IMG/VR virus record: IMGVR_UViG_3300005260_000047
Reading direction: 5' to 3' (one strand)
Source of the DNA: a virus
Taxonomy: Duplodnaviria > Heunggongvirae > Uroviricota > Caudoviricetes
DNA length: 40,153 nucleotides
Each line of letters starts with the position of its first letter. The first letter of the stretch is position 1. The notes beneath the pieces are model-generated. The model ran no database searches. It was not told the DNA's origin and saw nothing but the letters and a program-made list of their open reading frames with translations. Below are positions 16,914 through 25,960 of this stretch, in pieces. Made by a program: the position numbers and the translations under genes.

Positions 16914-17456
16914 TCTTGGCGAGTAAATATCGCACATCAAATGGATCCGGTCAATGCCGGAGCGGTTGTTGACCGCGTGCTGCCTGGTATTATCGATTTC
17001 ATACCACCAGCCTGGCTCCAGATAGAATTCCTCACCCTCGATCCAAAAGGCTACCTTTGGATCGGTGACGATCGGCAAATGGCAGCGATGCACCTGTGTT
17101 AGCGCGTTGCCAGAATCGGTATGTACTGGAATGGTCATGCCGGCCGGCAGGCGCACTAGCATCAGCTTGACGATACGCCCCTGGTAAAAGTCGGCAATAG
17201 CTTGCGCGATGGGCAGCACCGCGTCACGTAAGCCCTGTGGTTGATCGAACCATTGATCAAATTCTGGATTGGCGGGATCGCGTCCGTTTTCCAAAAATGC
17301 GAATGGAATGGAGTTGGTTGCCGCATGCTCGACGTAATATTGGCGCCTGTATTGCCAGGCGTGCCATGTCGATTCCGGCAACCGCGCCAAAACCTCACGT
17401 ATTACCGTGATATCGACGGGGCGGCCGACGCGGTAAATCTTATTGTCCAGTTTCAT
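16911..17456 (-). CDS. Aspartyl/asparaginyl beta-hydroxylase-like 2OG-Fe(II) dioxygenase
   Basis: MLVRLPAG..IPVHTD (HxD), RCHLPI, EIDNTRQHAVNN (distal His), RIHLMCD. Confidence 0.85.
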   Translation of the reverse strand: MKLDNKIYRVGRPVDITVIREVLARLPESTWHAWQYRRQYYVEHAATNSIPFAFLENGRDPANPEFDQWFDQPQGLRDAVLPIAQAIADFYQGRIVKLMLVRLPAGMTIPVHTDSGNALTQVHRCHLPIVTDPKVAFWIEGEEFYLEPGWWYEIDNTRQHAVNNRSGIDRIHLMCDIYSPR

Positions 17457-17853
17457 CTTCAATGGAGAGAGCTTTAAGCTTGCTGTTATTTGCCTCCCAA
17501 AAGCCGGCCGGCAAAGCGCCATACGGACTATTGTCACCATCGTAAATGTCGGTCACTTCACCATCAACGTCGCGCAAGGCAAACACGCAATACCACACGA
17601 CATCGTCAGTCAAGGCTGTGAATTTGTGAACATGCTCTTTCTTGATGATGATGAATGTATCGGCGTGAAAATCCCTGGGCGGATGGCCTTCTACCTCGAC
17701 ACGCACCGATCCGCGCGTCAGGAGCGATACATGATCGAACTTATGCTCATGCCCTGGCGCCGACTCCCCCGCTTTTCTCAAAAAATTCTTGCGCACCCAA
17801 ATATTGCCGAAATACCCTAACTCATGCCGTATAGTGTTGTTTTTCATGATCAT
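17440..17853 (-). CDS. Cupin-fold protein
   Basis: GHEHKFDHVSLLTRGSVRV...HVHKFTAL...YCVFA metal-binding cupin motifs. Confidence 0.75.
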   Translation of the reverse strand: MIMKNNTIRHELGYFGNIWVRKNFLRKAGESAPGHEHKFDHVSLLTRGSVRVEVEGHPPRDFHADTFIIIKKEHVHKFTALTDDVVWYCVFALRDVDGEVTDIYDGDNSPYGALPAGFWEANNSKLKALSIEDETGQ

Positions 17854-17856
17854 CCT

Positions 17857-18375
17857 TTAAGGTAATGTGGCAATGACTGTCGCCGGCATGCCAGGCGGTG
17901 TCGGCCAAACTACCGAGTCTGGAAATCCGGACTGGTTCTCAATCTCGAACAGTGCTTTCCTATAGTCGAATAGCGCCGCCTTTTCTTTTGGTGAAATGCG
18001 CCCGATCATATCCGGAAACAAGAAATGGTTTGTCGAGGCAAGAAGCGAATCGCGCTGCGATTTGACTTTATCGGCCGCGGTAGGCTGCGCCCCCGTAGCG
18101 GTGGGAATTACGACCGTTACCGTTCTGCGCGTGCCAATCTGCTGCACGCCCACCAGCGCGTCGATGAATGTAAGGTCTACCGCAGTGTCATGCGCCTGTA
18201 GCGTTTCTACTGACGGTGCGAAGTCGCGAATCCGCGCCTCCAACTCGGCTTGATTTGCCGGAAAGGGTTGCGTCAACTGCACCTGCGCTCGCCCGCCATC
18301 GCCAAATTCCACCTCGACCGTTTTTCTGGTTTGGTCGAATTTCGTGACTGTATAAGGTAACTGCGTGATATCCAT
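17857..18375 (-). CDS. Tail fibre assembly chaperone-like protein
   Basis: C-terminal R..LL..T...YRKALFEI..QSGFP..V.WP..P motif. Confidence 0.7.
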   Translation of the reverse strand: MDITQLPYTVTKFDQTRKTVEVEFGDGGRAQVQLTQPFPANQAELEARIRDFAPSVETLQAHDTAVDLTFIDALVGVQQIGTRRTVTVVIPTATGAQPTAADKVKSQRDSLLASTNHFLFPDMIGRISPKEKAALFDYRKALFEIENQSGFPDSVVWPTPPGMPATVIATLP

Positions 18376-18380
18376 TTAAC

Positions 18381-18548
18381 TCACCATTTGTTTAACGGGC
18401 AGGAGGTTCCAGGGGTTGCCGTCTTGGCGCGAATCGCACATTTGCATACCGAGCAATACATCACCATGACGCCTGCAATCTTTGGGCAGGCCGCGCAAAT
18501 TGCACGACGCTGCTCGCGCGTAGTTTTGTCCACCATTAGGGAAATCAT
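18381..18548 (-). CDS. Small Cys-rich protein, 55 aa (DUF6171-like); absent from the ORF track
   Basis: MISLMVDKTTREQRRAICAACPKIAGVMVMYCSVCKCAIRAKTATPGTSCPLNKW; ATGA overlap with the upstream stop and fills the gap exactly. Confidence 0.75.
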   Translation of the reverse strand: MISLMVDKTTREQRRAICAACPKIAGVMVMYCSVCKCAIRAKTATPGTSCPLNKW

Positions 18549-18895
18549 GATTGGCGCTCATCGAGAATTTTGTTGACCAAATCGCGAAGACGCATTTCCT
18601 CCATTTGCGTAATGGAGTCGTCACCGTCATCGGTGTCATCTTTAACAATTTGAACATTCGGGATGGCTTGCTCTTTTCCCACCATGTCATCGATGAAGTT
18701 CAGACAGCTCGCATCCTCTTTCATCGATGCGACAATGGCCGGATGAGGAAGGAAAGGACGAATAACTTCATCCAACTCTTCTTTAGTCTTTGGAAATGGA
18801 TACATTAATTTGATAGGCGCCCAAGCCAGCCCACTCTCAAACTCCACTTCAAGCAATCGAAGTTCCTTATTAAAGTGTCGAATTTTATAGTTCAT
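18545..18895 (-). CDS. Hypothetical tail-module protein
   Basis: N-terminus YKIRHFN..LRLLEVEF resembles the N-terminus of 17857-18375 (YTVTKFD..RKTVEVEF); AT-rich. Confidence 0.65.
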   Translation of the reverse strand: MNYKIRHFNKELRLLEVEFESGLAWAPIKLMYPFPKTKEELDEVIRPFLPHPAIVASMKEDASCLNFIDDMVGKEQAIPNVQIVKDDTDDGDDSITQMEEMRLRDLVNKILDERQS

Positions 18896-18897
18896 AG

Positions 18898-19875
18898 TTA
18901 TGCCAATGTACCTGCTAAGGTTCCAGAGTTATTGATCGTGACACTTGCAGTGCCTTTGAGTACATATTTACCCGATGCGCCGGCAGCATAACCACCAGCG
19001 CCAGCCGCACCAGCAGCACCACCCGTATAGTTACCGGAAGCACCGGCGCTGCCAGCCGCGCCAGCCGCACCAGCCGTGCCAGCAGCGCCCCATGCGCCAC
19101 CATTACCACCCGTACCGCCCGTACCGCCCGTACCACCAGCGCCCGCGTTCGTTCCGCCACCAGCGCCAGCAGCACCACCAAGACCGCCACCACCCAAGGC
19201 AGAAGCTTGGTTATAACCCTGACCTCTGCCACCGTTACCGCCACCGCCACCGTTACCACCAGCGCCACCGGACGTGTAAGCAGTTGCGGTATAGGCGCAC
19301 GTACCACAAGTCGAGCCGTTAGAGGCGCTATACGATCCATCGTAATAACAGTTGCTATAACAAAAGTAGTTACTACCGTAAGCTAACTGACACGAATAAT
19401 CACAATTATAAGAATTCGAAGCCAACGAACCCGCCCCTGTAGTTACCGTGTAGTTGTAGTAACCCTGACCACCCGTACCACCCGTACCACCAGCGCCAGC
19501 TTTACCGCCGCCACCACCACCAGCCAAGATCGATGCGCCTGCCGCATTCGTGATGACGACAGTTTGATTGGCGTAGTTAGCCTTGACAGCATCGCCACCA
19601 GCGCCACCGTTACCCATTGTTCCACCAGCGCCGCCAGCACCTTGAATTTGGCCCAGGTTAATGATGGAAATGGAAGATCCTGTCGGAAACTGGCCAATAT
19701 CAAGCGCCGGCTTGGCAGGATCGGTCGAGCCGACAATCGCACTCGACAAGATCGTCAACTCGACATCAATTGGCCCGCTCGGCGATCCAGCTAACGCAAA
19801 CAGATTGACATTCGTCTGCGCGTTGCTGATCGCCAGCTTCAGGCCGCCGCCGCGAATCATGGAATGAAACAGCAT
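18898..19875 (-). CDS. Glycine-rich tail fibre adhesin (gp38-like) with a central Cys/Tyr-rich loop
   Basis: N.G.IQGAGGAGG...GGAGG.AV...ILAGGGGGG and long GxGG repeats flanking SYNCDYSC...CGTC. Confidence 0.7.
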   Translation of the reverse strand: MLFHSMIRGGGLKLAISNAQTNVNLFALAGSPSGPIDVELTILSSAIVGSTDPAKPALDIGQFPTGSSISIINLGQIQGAGGAGGTMGNGGAGGDAVKANYANQTVVITNAAGASILAGGGGGGKAGAGGTGGTGGQGYYNYTVTTGAGSLASNSYNCDYSCQLAYGSNYFCYSNCYYDGSYSASNGSTCGTCAYTATAYTSGGAGGNGGGGGNGGRGQGYNQASALGGGGLGGAAGAGGGTNAGAGGTGGTGGTGGNGGAWGAAGTAGAAGAAGSAGASGNYTGGAAGAAGAGGYAAGASGKYVLKGTASVTINNSGTLAGTLA

Positions 19876-19884
19876 CGCGTAACC

Positions 19885-20793
19885 TTAGAAGTTCTTCGAG
19901 CCAGGGAAACCAAACCAGTTGGCGCCACCATCGATCGTCATCAGCGAAATGAAGTCGGTCTTGCTGGCGGTTGTGGTGAGCGTCGGAGCCACGCCATTGG
20001 GCCACTTCACTGCGGCCGGCCAGGTAATAGTGCGGCCGCCAGTCGCGTCTTGCGCAATCATGAGCGTCAATCCAAACGACACGCCGGCGGCCGGCGGGTT
20101 GGAAATCGTGAAAGTGGAATTTGCGGTCAAGGTCAAACTTTGAACGTTCCCCAAAGCGCAATCGATGTTGTAGTTCGCGCCAACGGCATTGTTCGAAACC
20201 AGTGTCTCGCGCCAGTTCTGGAACTCAGGCGACACTTTTGGCTGAAAGCCAGGGTCGTTCGTCAGTTGGCTCAGTTTGGTCAAGGTATTGCTTGTCCAAT
20301 CCTTGCTCCAGGCGCTCCAATTTCCATTCGTTTTAACGCGCGTATAGGACACTCCCGCAGTCAACGGCGCACCACCAATCCCCGCCGTGGTTGCTTTTTG
20401 CTTGGTCGTATTGGCGTCATGCCCCTCTACCACGATGAAAAACAGCCCCGTATCACCTGCCGGCGCATTGGTTAGTGAGGAGCCGCGGTAAAAGCCAGTC
20501 GCCGTTACCGTATTCAAGTCGGCGCCGCCAGCCAACGCGATACTGTTACCGTCCTGATCAACAAATAAGGGCAGTTTCGACAGGTCGGCAATCAATACCC
20601 ATGTTGGCGTCAGGTCGGCAAGCTGATACAGCTTGCGCATATCGGTGCGCAAGCATGGCATACCGACAATCAGGCCGGTGGTCGGGAAAGCCGTGCCGGC
20701 GTTCAAGGACAACGCCGTCTTGTCGTTGTCCATCAATTTGCCAAGGCTGGCAGTCAGCGTTTCGCTCGACTGAATATCGGTAAAGCTTTGCAT
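19885..20793 (-). CDS. Tail fibre protein
   Basis: DLNTVTATGFY...NAP...WSAW knob-like segment; C-terminal QDATGGRTITWP..VKWPNG.APTL domain. Confidence 0.75.
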   Translation of the reverse strand: MQSFTDIQSSETLTASLGKLMDNDKTALSLNAGTAFPTTGLIVGMPCLRTDMRKLYQLADLTPTWVLIADLSKLPLFVDQDGNSIALAGGADLNTVTATGFYRGSSLTNAPAGDTGLFFIVVEGHDANTTKQKATTAGIGGAPLTAGVSYTRVKTNGNWSAWSKDWTSNTLTKLSQLTNDPGFQPKVSPEFQNWRETLVSNNAVGANYNIDCALGNVQSLTLTANSTFTISNPPAAGVSFGLTLMIAQDATGGRTITWPAAVKWPNGVAPTLTTTASKTDFISLMTIDGGANWFGFPGSKNF

Positions 20794-20807
20794 TTAATGA
20801 CCTATAG

Positions 20808-20831
20808 TTAGTCAGTTGTGACTTATTATAA
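20808..20831 (-). promoter_or_regulatory. Operator copy (20808-20825) overlapping an extended -10 TGT-TATAAT, upstream of the fibre genes
   Basis: + strand ttagtca-gttg-tgactta. Confidence 0.65.
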
Positions 20832-20845
20832 CAAGAAAAATCCGC

Positions 20846-21868
20846 TTAGTAACCATGCGCCGACCATGTAAAGCTGCCGGTGACTTGGTTGTTCGTCGCT
20901 GGATCCACCAGCACCACCGTAAAGTCGATTGCCGTTACATTGGTCAGTTTGGGAATGGCAATAACGGTGCCGCCCTTGAGCGTCAATGTAACCTCCGGCG
21001 GGATGTGGAATTGTCGGTTGTAACTGACCGTGATTCCCGCCACGGCGTCGGTAATTGCGGCACTTCCGCGATCGAATACGTCCGGCACGTCAACCTGAAG
21101 CGACATACCCGTTAAGCTGGCGCGCGCTGCGCTTTGCGATTCCAAGACAGCGCGGAACAACGCATAGCGGTATTCATAATCGCCCTGAATGAAATCCTTG
21201 AAATCTGCGTAGCCTGGCGCGTGGCCGGCATCAACCAGCGTCTTGAAATCAGCAATCGTCATATCGGCAGTTGTTAGCAGCATGTCTGAAATTACGGCAT
21301 TTCCATGCCGCAAATATGTATCGAACACATGCAAGGCTTCAGCCTTCGATAGCGTAACGGCTTTGGCAAGCGCGTCCGAGACATGCAGTGCTTCAGACAA
21401 ATGCAGGTGATAGGCGATGGTGCGCCCAAAGGCTTCCGCCATGCCGAGCGCTTCTGTGACGCCCTTGGTAATGTCCTTTTTTAACGCATCAACCAGCGAA
21501 AACGATTCGTTCAATGGCTTCGTGACAGCTTTTGTAGATTGGTCGCGAATTGAAAATGATTCTGTGATGCGAATAATGAAGCTGATATTGTCGGTATAGG
21601 TTTCCGCAATATTCAAGCTGCGCAGGATGTTCTTGACCAAATGCCAGCTTGGCGCATCCGTCAGCGCAAACGCTTCCCCGAATGGCAGATTGATGTGCTT
21701 TTGAAGCGCCTCCGCTACCGCCAGCGATTCGCCCACATTGATGCGCGTGCTGGTGGTGGCGGCGTCCCTCCATGCTTTGTTCGACAAGGCGTCCTGCCAG
21801 GTAAAGCTACTCGACGCCCACGTATAAGGCGAAGAGGACAGGACGGTCTCGTCAACTGTTGATGCCAT
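20846..21868 (-). CDS. Tail/fibre-base structural protein
   Basis: Repeated ES(L/F)xxxD/E motifs; C-terminal H-type-lectin-like beta strands (FTWSAHGY); position after J. Confidence 0.6.
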   Translation of the reverse strand: MASTVDETVLSSSPYTWASSSFTWQDALSNKAWRDAATTSTRINVGESLAVAEALQKHINLPFGEAFALTDAPSWHLVKNILRSLNIAETYTDNISFIIRITESFSIRDQSTKAVTKPLNESFSLVDALKKDITKGVTEALGMAEAFGRTIAYHLHLSEALHVSDALAKAVTLSKAEALHVFDTYLRHGNAVISDMLLTTADMTIADFKTLVDAGHAPGYADFKDFIQGDYEYRYALFRAVLESQSAARASLTGMSLQVDVPDVFDRGSAAITDAVAGITVSYNRQFHIPPEVTLTLKGGTVIAIPKLTNVTAIDFTVVLVDPATNNQVTGSFTWSAHGY

Positions 21869-21873
21869 GTTTG

Positions 21874-21891
21874 TAAGTCATTTATGACTTA
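21874..21891 (-). promoter_or_regulatory. Operator copy, perfect arms, 5 nt before a start codon
   Basis: + strand taagtca-ttta-tgactta. Confidence 0.7.
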
Positions 21892-22341
21892 TTAGGACAT
21901 CGTAAAAGTAAAGACGGCGGTCAGCGTATCATCCGCGCCTTTATTTACGACCGGAAACACTACCCGATCCAACATGATGCCGGCCGCCGCAGCATTGATC
22001 ACGCCCGCCTCGGTAATGGCGCCAGTGCCAGTGCCTGGGTTGAAGGTTGCGCTAAACGAAAACACTTTAGTGCCGGCGGTATGTGCATACGTTGCCGCCA
22101 GGCGCGTGATCTCCGCAATCAAGGCGGTATTGCCGTTTGCCGCAGCGGTGGCGTCCGATCCGATCGCAATCCAGCCCATTGCCGCCGGTCGCGCGCCGGC
22201 ATTGCCGATAGCATCAGCGATGAAGTCAAACCCCACATCGACAATCAGATTGTCCTTATGGGTAATCTCCTTTTCGCCATTCGCCTTTTCAAGAATCAGC
22301 GTAACGGCGCCGTGCATCTTAAATGCGTCTTGTGCTTGCAT
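21892..22341 (-). CDS. Tail structural protein (start at ATG 22341)
   Basis: SD GGAG; NLIVDVG...IAIGS...GTGAITEAG...VVNKGADD motif. Confidence 0.65.
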   Translation of the reverse strand: MQAQDAFKMHGAVTLILEKANGEKEITHKDNLIVDVGFDFIADAIGNAGARPAAMGWIAIGSDATAAANGNTALIAEITRLAATYAHTAGTKVFSFSATFNPGTGTGAITEAGVINAAAAGIMLDRVVFPVVNKGADDTLTAVFTFTMS

Positions 22342-22365
22342 AAATTTCTCCAAGAAAGTCAATGC

Positions 22366-22394
22366 ATTGTATGTCAGTCGTGACTTATGTGCAA
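22366..22394 (-). promoter_or_regulatory. Operator copy (22370-22387) in the spacer of TTGCAC-17-TACAAT
   Basis: + strand tatgtca-gtcg-tgactta. Confidence 0.75.
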
Positions 22395-22397
22395 GCG

Positions 22398-25300
22398 CTA
22401 ATAAAGCCTCATGCTGGTGTAAGCGCCCTGCTCTGTGAAAGCACCTTGCGCCATCTTGTTATCACCGCCCATTTTTCCAATGAACAGCTTTCTGCTGGCG
22501 GCGGCCTGCACGATCGCCACGCACAGCCGGTCGTCAACGGCAAATACCCACGGCAGATCAATCCTGCGCTGCGCTTGATCTTCCAGGTAAAAGGCTCCGC
22601 GCTGCGCCGAGTAGCCAAATACCAGCTCGGTTGGGCTATTGTTAAAGGTGCCATTCGCGCGCCAGAACACGCCATCGACCACTTCTTGCGGCCGGATCCA
22701 GAATGAGAAATTGAACATGCTTGGAATGTTCGCATTCCATTGCACATTGGTCGTGTCCTTCAACATTAACCCGTTCGCATACCTTCCCGCAGCGTAGGAC
22801 ACGCCGGATTGCGCGGCGGGATACGATCCGGTTAAGCTGCCCAGATCATTGTCGAGCTGCCAACCATCGACTTCGGATGTGCGCTTGCCGATAAAGGGCG
22901 CGATTTGAAAGCGTGCAGATACGGAAGTCATGTCGCCAGTTGGCGTCCACTGCCGTTGCGCCTGTTGCGCCGTCCAGTTGAAAGTCGCGTCATTCCATGT
23001 CATCGATGACGACGAATCCACGGATTGCAAGCCAGTAAAAAGTGTGTTTTGCGCGCGGTAAGTGTCGCCCAAATCCACCTTGAAGACGTATTCAGAGCGC
23101 ACGGCTCCAAAATCCATCGTCAAGTTGCCACCGACATCACTGGCGTAATGCCGTGTCTTGTTCCAGCCATTCGCCTTCTCATCGTCCGTAAACAGAAGAT
23201 TGCTGTTGGCGCGTGCCGCAATGGCCGTATTGACAAAAACCGCCTTGTCGCTGTAGATACCAGGTGATGCGATCGCCTTGATCCAAAACATGCGATTGCC
23301 GGCCGCGCCGGCCGGCGTCGTGTAGCTGGTCGATAGCGTTTGCGTAATGAGCTGGCTGGTCGCCCAACTATCCCCCTCGCGAATTTCATAGCCAACAATA
23401 TTCTTTTCTTCGTTGGCGTTCCAGCGAAATTCCAGCCGCGAAATAGACTGCACACAATCGAAGCCAGCGACCTGCGCCGGCGGATCAAGGATGAGTGTGC
23501 AGGTAGTAACGTTGTCGGAGTAAATTCCAGACTTGTTTTTGCTTCGAATATGGTAGTGGTAAGTTCCCGCCGCGTTTTGATCATGCGTGATCATCGTTCC
23601 GGAAAATCCGGAGATCACAACCGTTCCCGCATCCCACGACACGCCTTCACGAATTTCGTAGGTTGGCGAGTCGATGTCCTTAACCGCATCCCATGTCAAC
23701 AACAAATCCGATGTGCGTTGCGTCACATTGAAGTTATACACGTCGCCAGGGGCCGTAGTGTGACCCTTGACCACATAGGACAGTGTGACCTTGGCGGAGG
23801 TGCGTCCAAAACTATTGATCGACTGCAATTCGAATTCATGCGTTGCGCTGCGCACGTTTTCAATATCCACCGATGGCGTCGTGGTGGTGATGGTCGTCCA
23901 GTTGGTGCCGTACTTATCGCCGGTGCGGCGCCAACTCAGCGCGAAAGTCGGCTCCGTGCAAGACCAGGACACATGCAATTTTGTGCCAATCACGCCTGGC
24001 GCCACCTGATACTGCACCTCGGTGACTTGCAGATCGACAGGGGCAGTGACCTTGTTTGGATCAATCAGCGAGATTTTCTGCGGCTCTAACGCCCATCCAT
24101 TTTCGATTGCATTATATTTGGACGGATTATGCTCGATTGCCGAGATCGCAAATACGCCAGGCTCAGCGTCTTGCGTGATGCCGACCACGCGCGCCAGCAG
24201 CGGTTGCAAATTCGGCTCGGTAATCAGCCACATGCTGTTTGCTACAGGCGCAGCCGGCAGTGGATCTGCCCATGTGACTGTTGCGTAGGTGCCGGCCCCT
24301 TGTGTCAAATCGATGGTGCGGTCGATAAAGCTGCCGTCCGGCAGGCGCAGCGAAATGAGCGTGCCTGGCTGCGACAGATCGACAGGCGCATCCAACGTGG
24401 CTGAAGTTGCCGTGACGGCAGTCAGCCTGCCGGCGTTGCGCTTGCCGGCACGATACGGATCGTGAATCCGGATCACGTCGCCTGGCGTTACCAGTAGCGA
24501 GTCTTGGCCAACCTTAAAGGCGACAAGATCCGACTCTTCCTTTTCCGTATAAAGAATCCATTTTCCGGCGCGCACCGCCATGCCGCGCGACGTGCAGCCG
24601 AAGGCGACCATATCGATCTTGCGCACGCCATATTTCGCAACCAGATCGGAATCCTCGACATATTCAATCTTTTGCTTGAAGTGTTCATTCGGGTCATTCC
24701 ATGTGATCAAGGCGACCGAATGCCTATTCTTTCTGGAGGATCCGGAATAGTTAAACACCCCATCCACGACATTGGCCGGCGAATAAATCATCGTGGAATC
24801 GGTTGGCATGTCTTGCGTAAATCCAACCATGCCGCCCGTCCAGAACGCCATGCCGCGAAATGCCGACGTAATGTCGGAAATCAGCTTATAAGCCTCTGAC
24901 TGGCTCTGGATCGCCGTATTGATGGTAAAGCGCGGCTCGACACCACCAAACCCGCTCGGCACCATTTCATCGCAATAGCGCCCGATCTTATACAGCGTCG
25001 CCTTGTCGATCTGTTGCGGGCTGATAAACTGCCCCAGGCCATACCGCTCATTGGTCAGCAAATCATACAAAACCCAAGCGGGATTCGAAGAGCTTCCCAC
25101 CTTGAAGCTGCCATCCCAGACGCCGGAATAGGTATGCGCGTTCGGGTCGTAATTCGATGGAATCTTGATTTTCAGGCCGCGCACCAAAAACGAGCGGCGC
25201 GGCACGCTATTGAACTGCGCCGAATCAAGACGCACTGCCACCAGTGCCGAGTTCGGATACGACAGGCGGCTATTGATAATTTCCGTGTAGGAGTCGAACC

Positions 25301-25958
25301 ATGTCTCGTTGGCGACAAGCTGCGTGGTGGAATCGTCCGTCAGTCGCACCATCCTGATATTCCAGGAGGAAGCCGGCTTGGGGAGTGTTAGCGAATAGGC
25401 GCGCTGGAATTTGGAACTACTTTTTCCAGAGATTGCAATCGTGCCGGTGGCGTCGTTATACGGGCCGCCATCGGTGGAGATATCAAAGCGGAAGTAGACA
25501 TCGGTGCCATGCACGTCGCCATCGTCGGCGTCAGTGCTGGTTAATCGCGGAATGGCGACGATGATGCGCACCATATCGGTTTCCGGATTCGATACCGTGA
25601 CGGTTGCAGGCGTGTCTTTTCTCACCCGCACACCGACAGGATACGGCGTTTCGATATCCGGAACACCATCGATCGGCGTCTGACCCTGTGTTCCTACCCG
25701 CTGCGCCGCCCAAGTCACGCCGCTGAAGTTCAGACTGCCGTCCGGATTAGCGAGCGGCGTATCGTTCAAGAAAATCGACTGCGAACCATTCAACAGCCCG
25801 CCAATCTCGCCCTCACCGAGCAAATCCAGCACCGTGATCATGGCGTGCGAATTGAGCGTGTCCGGATCCTCTACCGACACGCGCGCACTGCCGCTATCGC
25901 CACCACCACCAGCGCCGCGAATGACGCCAGCTTTTTTCAGCTCTTCAATCATGCTCAT
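22398..25958 (-). CDS. Tail tip/central fibre protein J
   Basis: DLLGEGEIGGL, YPNSALV, SNPAWVLYDLLTNERYGLG, GCTSRG.A.RAGKW, FNIII-like repeats. Confidence 0.93.
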   Translation of the reverse strand: MSMIEELKKAGVIRGAGGGGDSGSARVSVEDPDTLNSHAMITVLDLLGEGEIGGLLNGSQSIFLNDTPLANPDGSLNFSGVTWAAQRVGTQGQTPIDGVPDIETPYPVGVRVRKDTPATVTVSNPETDMVRIIVAIPRLTSTDADDGDVHGTDVYFRFDISTDGGPYNDATGTIAISGKSSSKFQRAYSLTLPKPASSWNIRMVRLTDDSTTQLVANETWFDSYTEIINSRLSYPNSALVAVRLDSAQFNSVPRRSFLVRGLKIKIPSNYDPNAHTYSGVWDGSFKVGSSSNPAWVLYDLLTNERYGLGQFISPQQIDKATLYKIGRYCDEMVPSGFGGVEPRFTINTAIQSQSEAYKLISDITSAFRGMAFWTGGMVGFTQDMPTDSTMIYSPANVVDGVFNYSGSSRKNRHSVALITWNDPNEHFKQKIEYVEDSDLVAKYGVRKIDMVAFGCTSRGMAVRAGKWILYTEKEESDLVAFKVGQDSLLVTPGDVIRIHDPYRAGKRNAGRLTAVTATSATLDAPVDLSQPGTLISLRLPDGSFIDRTIDLTQGAGTYATVTWADPLPAAPVANSMWLITEPNLQPLLARVVGITQDAEPGVFAISAIEHNPSKYNAIENGWALEPQKISLIDPNKVTAPVDLQVTEVQYQVAPGVIGTKLHVSWSCTEPTFALSWRRTGDKYGTNWTTITTTTPSVDIENVRSATHEFELQSINSFGRTSAKVTLSYVVKGHTTAPGDVYNFNVTQRTSDLLLTWDAVKDIDSPTYEIREGVSWDAGTVVISGFSGTMITHDQNAAGTYHYHIRSKNKSGIYSDNVTTCTLILDPPAQVAGFDCVQSISRLEFRWNANEEKNIVGYEIREGDSWATSQLITQTLSTSYTTPAGAAGNRMFWIKAIASPGIYSDKAVFVNTAIAARANSNLLFTDDEKANGWNKTRHYASDVGGNLTMDFGAVRSEYVFKVDLGDTYRAQNTLFTGLQSVDSSSSMTWNDATFNWTAQQAQRQWTPTGDMTSVSARFQIAPFIGKRTSEVDGWQLDNDLGSLTGSYPAAQSGVSYAAGRYANGLMLKDTTNVQWNANIPSMFNFSFWIRPQEVVDGVFWRANGTFNNSPTELVFGYSAQRGAFYLEDQAQRRIDLPWVFAVDDRLCVAIVQAAASRKLFIGKMGGDNKMAQGAFTEQGAYTSMRLY

Positions 25959-25960
25959 CC

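Noticed and set aside
18376-18690. 104-aa minus-strand ORF as the gene filling the 18376-18545 gap
   Set aside because: It overlaps 18545-18895 out of frame; the 55-aa Cys-rich frame has ATGA coupling and a coherent motif
19240-19450. EGF-type AspH substrate consensus C-x-[D/N]-x4-[F/Y]-x-C-x-C in the adhesin loop
   Set aside because: The loop (CDYSCQLAYGSNYFCYSNC) lacks D/N at the required position, so the eukaryotic consensus cannot support the hydroxylation hypothesis
16000-21900. Diversity-generating retroelement or invertible fibre switch
   Set aside because: No reverse transcriptase, no template/variable repeat pair, no invertase or flanking inverted repeats visible
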